DNA of 64,000 bases, taken from the NCBI GenBank assembly GCA_973895155.1, contig OZ316896.1:21905722-21969721 (forward strand). The letters are read 5' to 3'. This document shows, piece by piece, positions 12,554 through 26,055 of the stretch. Under the pieces are notes generated by a model that ran no database searches, was not told the origin of the DNA, and saw nothing but the letters and a program-made list of their open reading frames with translations. The position numbers and the translations under genes are program-made. This DNA comes from Marsupella aquatica. Lineage: Eukaryota > Plantae > Marchantiophyta. Numbering within the stretch: position 1 is the first letter of the stretch; every line of letters starts with the position of its first letter.

Positions 12554-14171
12554 ATGACCTCCTCCAGAAGTTCTACATGGAAAACCTTCAAAGAAAAACT
12601 GAATCTGGTCATTGCACTTGCACAGGCACAGGGAGATGAGGCGACTGTGCAGAGACTAATCGACACCTCTAAAGGATACCACGCGAAAATTATCGACGAA
12701 GACCTGCACAGGTTGCTGAAGGGGGAAAGCGCTGTCGGAGGCGTCGAAGGCTACCCTTCAGTTGTAACAGGAATGGATATCTATAAATTCCATCCATGGG
12801 AACTGGTGTCCAGTAAGTTATCAATGCCTTCAAGCTCTCCTCACGACATTGATCGCATGTGTGCACGACAGCTGCTTATATCGTGTTAAGCTCCTAGAGC
12901 GAATTATGTGAAACTTGATAGCAAACCTTCCCTAGGAACATGCTGACGCTCGTATGATATATCACTACAAAAAGCATTGCTATGTCCAGAGCATAATAAA
13001 CCAAAAACTGAGTGAGGAACAAACTTATCTTTGCATTAAATCGAAACCCGATCTTTGTAGAATGCCTCTAGTGGTTCGGGTGAAATAGGTGGGTTGCGTC
13101 TGTCCTACCTCAGCTTTCAGAGGCAGTCTGGTGCCTTCCATCCTTATGACGGTGTTCTCTATCGATCAATGGTCTCCTTGCTCGGCAATTTTATCTTCTG
13201 TCTGGTGATGCTGACGAGATCGTTTTAGCACATTTTTCTGTTCTTCAATTTTATGCTTCGGGTCAATGGTTACGGACTCCTTGACAGTAAGTCTGAGCGA
13301 TTTCGACTGAAGCAGTTCCAAAGGCTTTCAGACCATATCCTTGCCCTCGAGTTCTGTTCGTCTGAATATGTTGTTTTTCACTGCAGAAAACGGAGGTAGC
13401 ACACCTCGATATTTCTTGCATCATGGTCAGACACCCAAGAAAAGGACAACTAAGGATGGCTTCAGTTGGAAACAGACTGGAAGGAGACATCCAAATTCCA
13501 ACAAGCTCATCAAAACAAGATATATGTCCTACAAACAGGGCAAGAGTAAGGGAAAGGACGAGGACAAATTTAGGTGGAGACTGCGGGAGATCACCCTCCC
13601 GGACTCCTGCAACAAGTCTAAAACGAATTGCCGAATGGTAATTTGGAGAATTGCAAAGAAGCCTCGCGTGCCATCAAACACGTCAGAAGAGATTACACCT
13701 CAAGCTCAAACTCATGTCCCGATGGACAAAGACGACATTGCCCATGAAGGGCTGGGTATCGAACCTCCAGACAATGCAGACATGAATAGTGTACAGGTTC
13801 AATGTGAGAACGATACAGGATCTTCTGAAGGAGCATTGAACTTTCCTGCCACTTTCGGTCCTTCTGATACCCAGATGGACTTCGGATTGGCTGCGTTTGA
13901 ACTGAATGAGGGCTTCAATCATCGTGAAGATCAGGTGAGGTTCGAAACTAGTGCAACGATTGAGGACCTCTACGATTTCACCAACCTGTGCAATTTTGGC
14001 AGTATCGAAGAGAGGCAGACCGACCTGTGGAATTTTGACTTCACCGAAGAGAGGCAAACCGACCCAGGGTTACAATTAGGGGCAAATGACGGTCACCAGA
14101 AGCAGTCGGGCTCAGGTAGTGACACAAGTATTTTCAACTATCCATTCCCTCAGGCGGACCCAATCTCGTAA
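12554..14171 (+). CDS. divergent NAC-domain transcription factor; exons 12554-12812 and 13387-14171 (true 5' end uncertain)
   Basis: Subdomain A/B-like GYHAKIIDEDL...MDIYKFHPWEL. Phase-1 GTAAGT...CTGCAG intron (12813-13386) at the usual NAC position. Then YF, FSWKQTG, RWRLREITL and VIWRIAKK matching subdomains C-E, followed by an acidic C-terminal region. Confidence 0.8.
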
Positions 14172-16949
14172 CAAAATCCTCGTTTGACGAGCTGCCTTTC
14201 TATACATGCACAGAATTTTGCAGCAAGAATTTTGGCTTGAGACCTAATGGATGCTTTCCAGAAACTATTTCCTGCGCTTCTGTCGTAGATGTACAGTAGT
14301 GCTAGCCCAGCCACAACAAAGGCGGTCTCTTAGACAAGCGAGAGGCGGAGAGGAGGCAAAACTTGATTCTGTAGCACCTCCACATTCCAGAGTAGAGGGT
14401 CGGATTGTTATAGCCATTCAGTGTAGAATCTTAGATCTTAGAATCCATAAGACAGATATTCATGGATCTAGCTTCACCTTTGAGGTTCTGCTATACCTCA
14501 GAAGAGGTACGTTTATATGATGATAATGAATCAAAAGTCTCCTTCCCTGATGATAATGACTCAAACTCTCCATGATTTGCACGTTTCCAACCAGCCCTCC
14601 ATATCGACATTCCTTACTATAGTCGTTGTTAATTACGCCTTTTCAATTCCCCAGACGGAAAGTCTCGAAACCCAATTACTTCCAAGAATGATGATGCCAG
14701 ACTTGAGCCAAGCAGTCCACGACCTGGCTCACATAACAAAAGCAGAAACTATAAAGTGAGCCAAAAACTCCTCCATCCACAACTCCCCGACGAGCATGAG
14801 TGAAGGGCCCGACTTCCCATCAAACCATGAAATATCCCGGGATCAAGCTAAGTGCATAACCACCTGGTACAAGAGGCCTCTGGTTAAGGAAAGAATTCTC
14901 GAGCGGCAGAGAGCGCTACACCATCTAAACTCCTCTTCCTCATAGAATGGCATGTATTGAGAACCCAGGTTTCTTCCAAGAATTATAATCCCAACCTTCC
15001 CAAAGTATGAAAACGACCCGAAAGAGAACACTGGATCAGTCGGGAGGCCAACCATGACCCGACAAGAAAAAGTTTGGTAGCACAGTGAACATTAATAACC
15101 CCTCCATTGACCTCAGTCTGCAAAAACCTCACAAGTCCCCCTACCTCGCACAGGAGGAGAAGAAAGAATAATCAGAGTAAGGCAATGACTCTAAAGCCAG
15201 TCTCCATATCCCAATAGATATACTCCTAACGACGAGAATTTCAGTAGCCGAATTGGCCAATATTCTTGAAGAACAATAATTTCAACCTCGAGCTAATACA
15301 AGACCATCCCATCCAACCTCTTCGGGTCACCAGCTTCTCCCTAGCCCACGGAAAGACAACCTTTCGAACTCCGCTTCCATTCTCAGCGATACATGTCTCT
15401 GAACAGCTCTGTGGCTGCAGTGGACGAGAATCCTGTGATAAACCGGAACACCTGGCTCGTGACAAACTCAGTCCTCAGACATACGTTTCAAACGAGTAAT
15501 CTATAGTCTGCAAAACTTCATCCGTTTCCTGTGATACAAGTTTCAAACAAAGCAGTACTCTTCATCTTCCAGATAGCATAGCAGGTTATCCAGACAAGCT
15601 ATTCCGAGAAACCACCCCTCCATCCTGCGCTTAAGGGTTCAGTAACCAAAACAGACTTCTGACTATGAGCTTTCTCCACGATAAATCCTCTAGTAGAGTA
15701 CCTCGTCCATTCAGTCGTTATCCATCCATTTGAAGGTATCAAAACTAAAGTACAACAGAAAGTACATGTTAATACACGCCGTGAGGACGCCATTACTACA
15801 CTCAGGAGGTTTGCTACTGGATGCAACATAAACATCACATGAGTGCCAGAATACTATACTTCTCAGATCGTACCGTGGATTACAGGACTCCAGTTCCTTA
15901 CAAGATATCCTGTGGGCTCAGTTATCCGATACCACTTAACTTCAATCATCCTCCATCTCGAAGACTTCACAATAATGTAAAGAAACCTTCTTAGACGAAT
16001 AGACACGAAATCATCATCACAGCCCTGGTGTGAAATAAACACATCAGAAGGTTTACCTGGTCCGAAAAGAGGATAGTCTTTACAACAAACTGGCTGACAT
16101 CCACAGACGCTCTCCACATGCGCAAGATGTATGAAACTCTTACTCTACGTGCCACACCGCATCCCCTGCTGTGGAATAAAGGTGTAAAAATAGAGGAACC
16201 GGTGGTGAACATCCGAGGCAATCTCCATAATTATATCGCGTGCTGCTTCCTATCCCCTCCAGGAAACCCCAGCTCAACTCCAATGAAACTGAAACTGATC
16301 ATATTAACCCAATACTATGACCAGTACCAACGTGAGCCCGCTGTACATCAACAACTGCGCCACCTGTTAAACTACAAATTCCTGATCAAATAGACATGTC
16401 TATCCGATGGGGAAAAATCCCATTCTGTGCCCTGCACTCCAAAACTAGAAACCACGTTCCATGCATCCGTTCCGCTTCTACTCAGGACACCTTGATCATA
16501 AACCTGTAGGAAAGCTTCCACTGCAACCTGCAACCACTCTACACCACCCTCCCATGGCATCGTCTCACACTAGCCGAACTAAAACTCACCAACAGTACCG
16601 ATCGTTCGCAGTAGACTTCTCCAGCGACACGTAAAGAAAACACAAAGAACGCAAACGTTAGACGACGCAATCATCCCAAATACAAGAAACCTCTTGCTAT
16701 TGACGTTCAACCATGCTGACATGACAAAAACGAGTGCAGGTAACCTGCTCAGTCTCAGCTTTGCCCCTACACTAATCTGTGCATAAGCCTTGACATCCAT
16801 TGCATCAGACACAATTCAGTAGTCCTAGGCCCGAAATTCAAGAGGAGGTTCCGACTATATGTCTGGCAGGACAGGACTTCGATCAAGTACGTAGGTGATC
16901 AGAGACATTCCGATCTTCAAGCAGAAGTTTGGGATCTTGATCTTTCCAC

Positions 16950-17800
16950 AGCGTTGAAGATGCAATCGCAGACCGAAACCTTTGACCGCCTACGGTTTAT
17001 GACCACTGTGCCAGTTCAGCCTCATCACCCCGAAGTGGAGAAGGACAACATGGCAAAACGGTCACGAACTGTAAGCAGATAAGACCACAGCAAGCTGTTG
17101 CTCTCAACATCCCAACCTTCTTCTTCAGCAAGCTATTCCTCTCAACATCCCAACCTTGCATGACACCACACCGATCTCTATGGCCGGCCCGAACCCCGAT
17201 CCACTATATCCTGTGAACAACACGCTGCCAAGAACCACACCCACCCATGTCCTCCATCGCTACCGCGTTTCCAAGCATCCGTGTATCAAAAGCTCCGGTA
17301 TCCGCCTTGACAACCATCCAATGCCCAAAAGTCAACCAAATGTTGATCGAAACCACTCCTTTCCACCCAGTTGAAGGTTTGCAGTCGCAGACCGAAACCT
17401 TCACCGCTTACGGTTTATGACTACTGTGCCAGTTCAGCCTCATACCCCGAAAGGGGAGAAGGACAACATGGCAAAACGGTCACGAACTGTAAGCAGATAA
17501 GACCACCTTCTTCAGCAACCTGTTCCTCTCAACGTCCCAACCTTCCATAACAACACACCCATGTCTATGGCCGGCCTGAACCCCGATCCAGTGTATCCTG
17601 TGAACAACACGCTGCCAAGAACCACGCCGAGCCATGTCCTCCATCGCTCCCCTGCCGGCCAACCAAATATCACAGCTCGAAACCATCTATACGAGGATCC
17701 ATATCCTCAGATCTGCCATCGCTACAAAAGATCTACACATCAAAAGCTCTGGTACCCGCCTTGTAAACGATCCAGTGCCCAAAAGCCAACCAAATGTCGA
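16950..17800. repeat. tandem duplication with about 419-bp period
   Basis: GCAGACCGAAACC...GGACAACATGGCAAAACGGTCACGAACTGTAAGCAGATAAGACCAC occurs at 16968 and 17387, and similarity continues to CCCAAAAG(T/C)CAACCAAATGT. Confidence 0.85.
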
Positions 17801-18589
17801 TGAAAACGGCTCCAGATCTGTGCAGACAACGCAAGAATCCCATGCCAAGAACCAGTGAGAGCATCAGCACAACACACCACCTGATCAAGACAGAAACCAC
17901 ACCAAATCATCGAACAAAAATCGCGCAGAGCTCCGCCGTGTCCATCGTCGCTCCGCCATCGCCAGCGCTCGGAGCCGCCCTCCGAGGTAAACCAAACCAC
18001 ACAGGAACGAAAGTTACAAATGCGAAGGAAAAAGCCAGAAGTCTAAAACTCCGCATTATATACCCCTCTGAGAGGTCCAATTGCGGGTTCCGCAAGACCG
18101 ATATCGGGTACCCAACATCTCGCGCGCTCTAATCGACGGTCACAATTCGACGTGATCCACCCGTACGACCCTCGAACTGACCGCCGCTCGTTCTTATCCA
18201 CCGGGAGAAATTACTCGAACGCTATTCAGAGCATCGAAAAGAACGAAAAAGGACGATAAAGAAAAAGACTAAAAGAGGGGGAGGAATGGTTATGAGGACC
18301 GCTGACCGACTAAAGCTACGGTAGTCCGCTTTTCAGCTACCTACCTACTACCCTCCCTCGGCCAGCTGGATGGCTGACTCGGTGGACCCCACCGGATCCG
18401 GCAGCCCGGCAGGCAGCCCGGCATTGGGGCATGCAACGTGCCAGCCAAGCCTTGGCAGCTGGGCCGGCACCTGGTGGGCAGCGTGGGTGGCCAACACACG
18501 CACTCTGGATAACTCTTATTGTATTGTTTTATTATTAGTCACTCATGTTTTAATTGTTTCCTTAGCCTCGATTACGACATAGGAATAGG

Positions 18590-20135
18590 CATGCTTTGCT
18601 CACAAGGAGGAGTTGCCAACTCTTATTTTGTAGGTTTTTCTTAGCCTCGAAAGGAAAGCTTCATTCACAAGGCGGGACAGCAAACAGCGTAATCTCAAAG
18701 GTTTTTAGTTAGTGTGAGGAACGTGAATTTTTCTGTGAAGGTGAAGATGCTATTTAAAATTACTTAATATAATTTTTTCAATTATATTTTGATTCGAAAA
18801 TAATGTTAGGATAAAATTAGTGTGATAACACTAATTTATGATTAGACCCTTAAAGTGGGCACTCTTCAACTAGTGTTAGTTACACTAATTATGGTTAATA
18901 GTGTACTAAATTTAAGAATGACCATTCAATTTTGGCTAATAGAATTGCCCATTTGAGAGACCGGTTACTTGGAGAAATAAAACTTAACAATTTTTTGTCA
19001 AAAGTGACAAAATAATTTTTGGAGAGGTTTTTGTCACTGAAACAAACTCTGGTAGATAACTCTTATTTGACTGTTTCCTTGGCCTTGAAAAGAATGCTTT
19101 ACTGACCAGGCGGGGTAACCAAGACACACAGGTGGTGTGGGATTTGTTTTCCGGCGGCCTTTTGAGAGGATAGGTGAGACTTACTTGGTTCTTCATTTTA
19201 ACTTACTGGGCCGTTTTTTCTGTTTTTTATTTTGCTTTTGAAACGAATGGTTGGTTTTGAAAGGAATGGTTTACTCACCAAGCCGGCAGCGACGCAGCGC
19301 GGGTAGCCTCTGGGTCACTCTTATTTTATAATTTTTCTAGCCTCCAAACTAATGCTTTACTTACAAGGCGGGGTAGCCAATGCACACTGGGTCACACTCG
19401 TATTTCTTGTTTATTTCGGTGCTTTTGAGAGGATTGCTTCATAGGCAAGACTTATTGGGTCATTTGCTTTTCCTTTTTCGTTCCCTTTGAGAGGATGGTT
19501 CGCTCGCCCGCCGGGCAGCGTGGGTAGCCAAGAGTTTTTCTTTTTAATTTATGGGGGGGAGGGAAATGGTTTGCCAGTAGCTACTGGGTCGTTTTTTTCC
19601 TTTCTTCTTTCCTTTTGAAAGAAATGTTTTTACTGACAAACCGCGTAATGTGGCTTGCCAAGACTTGTTGGGTAGTTTTTGTACTTGTTTCCTTTTTTTT
19701 TCTTTCCGAAAGTGAAGCCCCAATGGACCACCAGTTGGACTGAATTTTTGTGTTTGTTTTTCTTTGCTTTTATAAGGTATGCTTTACTAATTATGGGTAC
19801 TGTGGCTAGCCAACACTTACTAGCAAGACTTACTGAGTCGTTTTCTCGTTCTTTTTTCTTTGCTTTTTGGAAACGGATGCTTTACTCACAGTGCAGGCAA
19901 GGTGGATAGCCAAGACTCGCTGGGTCGTTTTCTCTTCTTTTTTTCATTGCTTTTGGAAGGAATGGTTTACCCACACCGTGTGCAGCCTGGGTAACCAAGA
20001 GTTTTTTTGTGGATTTCTTTCGGAGGAGGGAGGTACACTTACTGGGGAGTATGGAATTATTTTCATTTATTTCTTTGTTGTTGAACATAATGCTTTTACC
20101 CACAAGGCCTGACAAGGTGGGTAGCTAAGAGGTTT
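18590..20135. repeat. degenerate minisatellite-like array, about 80-120 bp units, more than 10 copies
   Basis: Recurrent T-rich linker + GAATG(C/G)TTTAC(T/C)CAC + GGGTAGCCAAGA + CTGGGTC motifs. Confidence 0.65.
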
Positions 20136-21509
20136 CTTTTCTTTAAGGGAGGGTAGGGGGATACGAAGGGGATGGGAGGGAAGTGGGAAGGCAGAAATTG
20201 CCCTTCCGTAGCCTACACTCTAAATCCTGCCTATGATATATTAATTTATGCCTGGCCAACTCCACCGACACACTGAAAACAAAAAACACCTCAGGAGTGT
20301 TAGAAATTTAAAATGAAACAGGTCAACCTCCCATCCCCAAAGCAGTTTTCTGGACATTTTACCAGCCATATTCAAGATCTAAAATTAAAAAAATAAAATA
20401 TGCAAGACAGTTCATTGTTGGAGGTCTCTCAATTTGAATGCACCCTCATCACATGCTACAATTTTAACACTATATACTTGGTGCAGGTTTCTGTCACCTG
20501 GTGACTTGCTGGCCTCACTAGTTTTTGCTTGTTGAAGATTTGCTTTGATTTTTGTAGTGGAGGCTTGGAGGTACACCGGTACTTTTAGACCGCTTGCGAA
20601 ATGGGCAGGGGTTCTCGGGCTGCTGTCTTTTCTATGTACCCGGGCCTCTGCTTTCTGTTCCTTTGTTGGCTCCCTTTGCCCTTTTCCGAGCCCTGGATGC
20701 TGTTTTGCTTTACTGGTCTGCAAGCTTACCCATTCGTGGGTTTCACATGGAATAAAGTTAAAATTAAAAAATAATAATTAAGCTAAATTTTCATCAATTT
20801 CTGCTTTGAAGGAGTATTTTCATCAAGAGGGAAGGGGGACCCACCCATTAGACCCTACCAAGCAAGTGGCCAAGAAGATTCACTGGGGAAAACCCCCAAG
20901 TCTACAAAAAAGTGAGAAGAATGGGGCACGAAGATTGAAACAAATCTACAGTAGTGCCTAGCCACTTGCAAGAGCAAAAGAACTCTCGTGAAGTCCACCT
21001 TAGACTCTACTATAAAGATGTCTGAAAAATAATGTATTGTCCGATGACTTTGTCAATTAAAAGGTTATTGAGGAAGATATTTACTTTTTGAATCAGAAAG
21101 TAAATCGTGCTGTCGGATCAGGCCAGATCAAAACTAAATTAAATTAGCATTTTGCTATTGAAAACTGATAACATGGTTACGATTAAGTCTTTGTCGAAAC
21201 CCCCATCACTTTGTTGTTCAAGATACAGCCTGGTCATGATAGTCCAAGAAATGTGGGTTTGTCCCTTTTTACTCTTTTCTGGCTATCTAGTGTTTGCATT
21301 TGCAGTCTTCTTTTGAGTTTGGGGTTGGTCCTCTCGGACCTATTTTAGGTTTGATCCATTGTACATTGTTTGTTCCCTTTTTGTAAATTGGTCCTTGTTC
21401 TCTCAAATAATCAACTTGCTCGTCAAAAAAACAATTCTGGCCAAATAGAATGAGATTTAATGTTAGAACTCACAGCAAGAAGAAATGAGAGAATGAGAAC
21501 TGAGAGAAA

Positions 21510-21838
21510 GTCCTATGAACCAAGCCATTTGACCACCAGAACCCAGAAGCACCCTGAAAGGCAATTTTTGTACTCAGATAAACCTTTCATTTGTGAAAAC
21601 ATTCATAACTTTCTGATCAACAATAACATGTTGCATCCAAGTTAGAGGTTCATTCAAGTCGTCAATCTAAGCATTACTTCCCAAGAAGTTTTATTTCATT
21701 TGTTATTTTTCTTGTTTATTTGACATCTGGCTAGATGTTTTCCTACCGGTTCATTTTTAATTTTAATTTCAGTTCAACGGAGTAAACCTTCCAGATGGGG
21801 GGGAACCAGCAGGCCATAGAGGCATGTTAGGGGAAATC
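21510..21838. repeat. left arm of a roughly 330-bp inverted repeat (partner 24795-25145)
   Basis: TACTCAGATAAACC, CCAAGTTAGAGGTTCAT and GGCCATAGAGGCATG are reverse complements of blocks at 24805-25075. Confidence 0.8.
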
Positions 21839-21974
21839 AAATGCATACTCGAGAGAGAAACATATACAGACACAAATTTTAGAAGCTTCCTTTGCTCCAA
21901 CACTAATTTTGACCTCTATTTAATTATGTCCAAAATGGACCAGATTGTGGTCAGTATCTTCATAAAGAAAAAAG

Positions 21975-22445
21975 AAACAAAGTCTAGGAAGATTCTTCAA
22001 CTAAATTACAACAATAGGAATGTCAAGGGAATTCTAATGGTAGGATGAGCTCAGTATTGAGGCTCACAGCAAATATAATATTCTGAAATCACACCTACGC
22101 TAGTTCACTTCAGTGGGGTGATCTCTAAGGTGGCAAATCAAACAGCTGACCCCATTCTAAACAGTTAATGAAGTCAAAGAATGTTCAATATTTAGTTTGA
22201 TGCAAGAGCAAACAAAGGAAGATTCTTGGAATTTACAACGACTAAAGGAATGTCAAGGGAATGTCAAGTGATAGGATGAACTCAGAGTTTTGAGGCTTAC
22301 GCCTAATGTAATATTCTCAGTTCGGGCCTAAGTGAGGAGTGCTTAGGGTAATCTCCAAACTGGCAAATCAAACACCCTGACCTCATTCTTAATGATTAAT
22401 GCAGTCAAAAGGCTTTGTTCAAATTTTGAGTTTCATTATCAGCAA
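21975..22445. repeat. tandem duplication with 230-bp period
   Basis: GAAGATTCTT...AGGAATGTCAAGGGAAT...TAGGATGA.CTCAG...TGGCAAATCAAACA at 21988 and 22218. Confidence 0.75.
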
Positions 22446-24794
22446 ACAAAAAACTTTATTTGTGCTGGGGACATGGGGAGATATTCATCAGGTTTCTCAT
22501 TGAGCACAAGGACTGGTGATGAAAAGGGCAAATGGTGATTTTTAGTTCATTCAAGAGCACCCCATTCCTAGCATCTACCAATGGATAAGGTGGAAAGCTT
22601 CTCCCAGTTTGGTTTTTAAGAAAGGGGAAGCCACCCTGGAGCAAGCCGCTTAGCTGGCTGGCAGGCTAGGCAAATCCCCTTCTTATTTGAAATCTTTCAT
22701 AAAGTTTTTGGACAACTTTTGGCTCATTAGGAACAAACAAAAACGTTAATTGTGTGGGGGCGGAGATATTAATAAGGTTGATATAGACAACAAAGGTGAT
22801 GAATGAGGCAGTGGTGATTCAGTCTAAGAGCACCATTAATATTGCTTCAGGATCCCATCCGTGGGGTTCACGCGGGATAAACGGACATAAATAGTGCTTC
22901 AGGATATTTCTCTACATGGCAACGCTTCCCGCGACACTGCAATGTATAGCCTATTATTGTGTAAATCAATGTAGTGCAGGCACATCCAGATGTTTGTTGT
23001 GAGCCTTCTGGGGCTGTTCTAGTTCTTTGGCTCATTTGTTATGCTGGTTGTCCTCTTTGTTCCATGTGAGCCACGGTTCGCCTGTGCCTTTCTTGCTCTG
23101 ACTGGTGGCCCTTTTGGGCCAGTGCTTTGTCTTTCCTTACAATAAAACAGGCAAGGTTTCCTTTCATCCAAGGAGACAACTGGTTTCGCGGCTTGCATTC
23201 TTGGGCCGGTGGGATTTCCATTTCGCCTTTCTGAGCCAAAAATAAAATAAAAATGTTCTGCAGACACATCCAGATGCCTAGTAGGGCTGTCTAAATCCTC
23301 AGGCGATATGGCAAACAGGTTCTGTTCATAACATCTGACCATAACTATTCTTGTGGTTAGGTGAAGTTTTTGTTATGTGCCCGGCTATCAAGCTTCTTTC
23401 TGACCATGTGAAGTCTGGAACTTTGAGCTACCCTAATGAAAAGTTTCTAGTAAATTGCTATTGATGCAAGACCTGGACAACCTGCCTGTATTGGCACGTT
23501 TGTATAGCATAATTCATTGTGACCTTTTGGGTCAACAGGGCCAAAGCGAGCCCATGCGTAAACTCGGAAATAGAAACTTGTAGTATTGGATGGCTATCTA
23601 GGTGGACGTGCCGAAAGTGAAAGGATACAAAGGCCCTCTACTCCCTTCGTTTTGGACTCTTGTTGGCAAAACTACCTATTCATGATTGTTCTTTGTGCTC
23701 TAGGGCTGTGCAAGGAAGGTTCTAGGAATAGGAGAAGGAGGCAATTTTTGCAATAGATAAATTTGTGATGTTGGGGCTCAATCCAACTTATGGCCAGAGA
23801 CCTCCTTGGACTTGGCTGCCCAAAATCCACTCCAAGCACTTTATCCCAACCCCAATTCCTTGGCCTCGGTTACCCAAGCCCGGGTACCGCAACACACTCC
23901 AGGCAGTCACGACTTACGCTCTGTCGCTGGACTTCCAAATTCCCTCCCTCCTCAAGCTTGGCTACTAGTTTTTGGACTCAGACTCAGCTTGCTCCTTGGA
24001 CATGCCACTTCCCATGTTTGGGTGGTTGACTCTGACTAAGAAGCATTGTGCTCGGGTGACAAAATGGTCTGGTCATGTTGCATGTGACTATCATTGGTAA
24101 CGGGGGATAGTGCCCCAACAAAACCCTTGCTCAGTTGCCCAACATCACACAATGTGGCAGCCTCTAAATGCTCACTGCACGTTGACCCTCTTGTTTCTCA
24201 CTCTTGCATTCTTGTCTCCCTCTTGCTTGGGCTCTCAGCTGAGCTCGTACACTCTGGGAGTTTAGGACCAAGTACTCTTGCCCCCCCCTTTTGTTTTCCT
24301 ACTGACAAGCAAGGAAGTGTGCTCCCAAAATGTCATAAGGGGTACCCTTAGTACACCAAGTTGGCTAGGGTTTGCACTCTCGTCCGCAGCATGAGGGTTT
24401 TCCAAGTAAGCCTGCAATCTTCTACACCCTTCAACTGCAGCCTCTACTCCCATGATTACATGAAACTGTTTCAATGCTTGTGTAAAATCCACACTACTCA
24501 GCAGATGTGTCATTCAATCAACAAATACAAAGAGCATACCACTAGACTATGCCAGTCTGCTCTGCAATTTTAGGGAAAAATCACTCCTAATGGTAATACC
24601 TGGTGGATCCAGGTCTGATCATGCACATGGTGCTTTAAAAACATCCCTCAATGAAAGTTTGTGGGGTTTGAGATGCCCTCCAGAGTCAAACTACCCAACA
24701 AGAATTGGTACTGTAGTAGATTGTCTTGTGTCAAATGGAGTTGAGTCTGCACTATCAAAGTAGACACAATAGGAAACTTTGTGGCCTTTCAAGT

Positions 24795-25145
24795 GTTTTC
24801 CCCTGACATGCCTCTATGGCCAGCTGGTTCCCCCATCTGGGAGGTTCACGCGGAATAAATTGAAATTAAGATTAAAAAAGAACCTGTACGAAAACATCTA
24901 GCCAAATGTCAAATAAGCAAGATAAATAATAGTTGAAATAAAACTTCTTGGAAAGTAATGCTTGGATCGACGGCTTGCATGAACCTCTAACTTGGTTGAA
25001 AAGGTCATTGGTGATCAGAAATTTATGCAATTTTTCACAAATGAAAGCCAGGTTTATCTGAGTACAAAAATTGTCTTTCCGGGGTGCATCTGGGTTGTGC
25101 TGGTCCCATCCCAGAGTTTGGTCAAATGGCTTGGTCCATGGGACT
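24795..25145. repeat. right arm of a roughly 330-bp inverted repeat (partner 21510-21838)
   Basis: CATGCCTCTATGGCC...ATGAACCTCTAACTTGG...GGTTTATCTGAGTACAAAAATTG...GGTCAAATGGCTTGG. Confidence 0.8.
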
Positions 25146-25214
25146 GGCACTCATACATGGTGCACTTATGCACTCTAGACTGTAAGTGCACTTTAAACAT
25201 CCCTCTTCAAAAGA

Positions 25215-26055
25215 ACACACCAGGTCATTCTTGACCAGAAAAGTACCTTTTTTTTTTACAAAATTAAATGCAAGCTTAGTACAAATAAGGTTTTTTGGCA
25301 GTCCATCTGGGTAGTAGCGATGCATTGGGGCATTTTTTAGAATGTTTAGGTCCAGGGCACTTTTTCCAATTCCTTTCAGGTGTGCCTGGCCAGGTTTACC
25401 ACATCCTTCCACAAGACAGTAACTTACTGGTAAGCCCTTCTCAACAGGTCCCTCTTGACTCTATAAGTATGAACGGCTTTTAAATACATTGCCACTAAAA
25501 ATGTGTGAATTTATAATATTATCATTATTTTTATATATTTACAGTACATAGTTCCACTGGTTACCTTGGTGAACTTGTCATTCATATACAAAACTGTGTC
25601 ATTTTTTTAATACAAGAAAAATAGTGATAATATTGTTAATTAGAACATCTTTAATGGAAAAATACTTAACAATTATAATGGTTTTATAGTAAAAAGTGTT
25701 ATCTTAGTGCAAGAAAGGTTTGCTGATAGTCCATCTGGGTTTCGCTTGTTTGGCAGTGTGCCAAATGTTTAGGTGCATGGGACTTCCAGGACGGTCTACC
25801 GCATCCAGATGACGGTAACTTACAGGTAACCCTTCCTCAAGAAAGAACCAGGTCAGTGTTGACCAGAAAGTTAAGAGTGTTTTTACACAAGAAAAATGCT
25901 ATCTAAGTAACAAAGGTTTTAGAAAGTCCATCTGGGTCATGCGGATACATCCCGAGATCCTGTCAAATATTTAGGTCCATATGCCTTTTTTTTTCAATTC
26001 CTTTTCCCGCCGGCGGTCCACCACATCCTTCCAGACGAGAGTAACTTACAGGTAC
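25215..26055. repeat. diverged tandem array, about 200-230 bp units, about 3 copies
   Basis: Recurrent CCAGGTCA...TTGACCAGAAA, AGTCCATCTGGG, TTTAGGT(C/G)CA and GTAACTTAC.GGTA. Confidence 0.7.

Noticed and set aside
14400-16850. Minus-strand short ORFs with a repeated GIIILG peptide
   Set aside because: No continuous frame, splice model or recognisable domain; probably old TE interior.
12963-20559. CACTACAAAAA at 12963 and TTTTTGTAGTG at 20549 resemble CACTA TIRs enclosing NAC exon 2
   Set aside because: Flanking 3-mers differ (TAT versus GAG), there are no subterminal repeats or transposase, and the left end lies within an apparently intact NAC intron.
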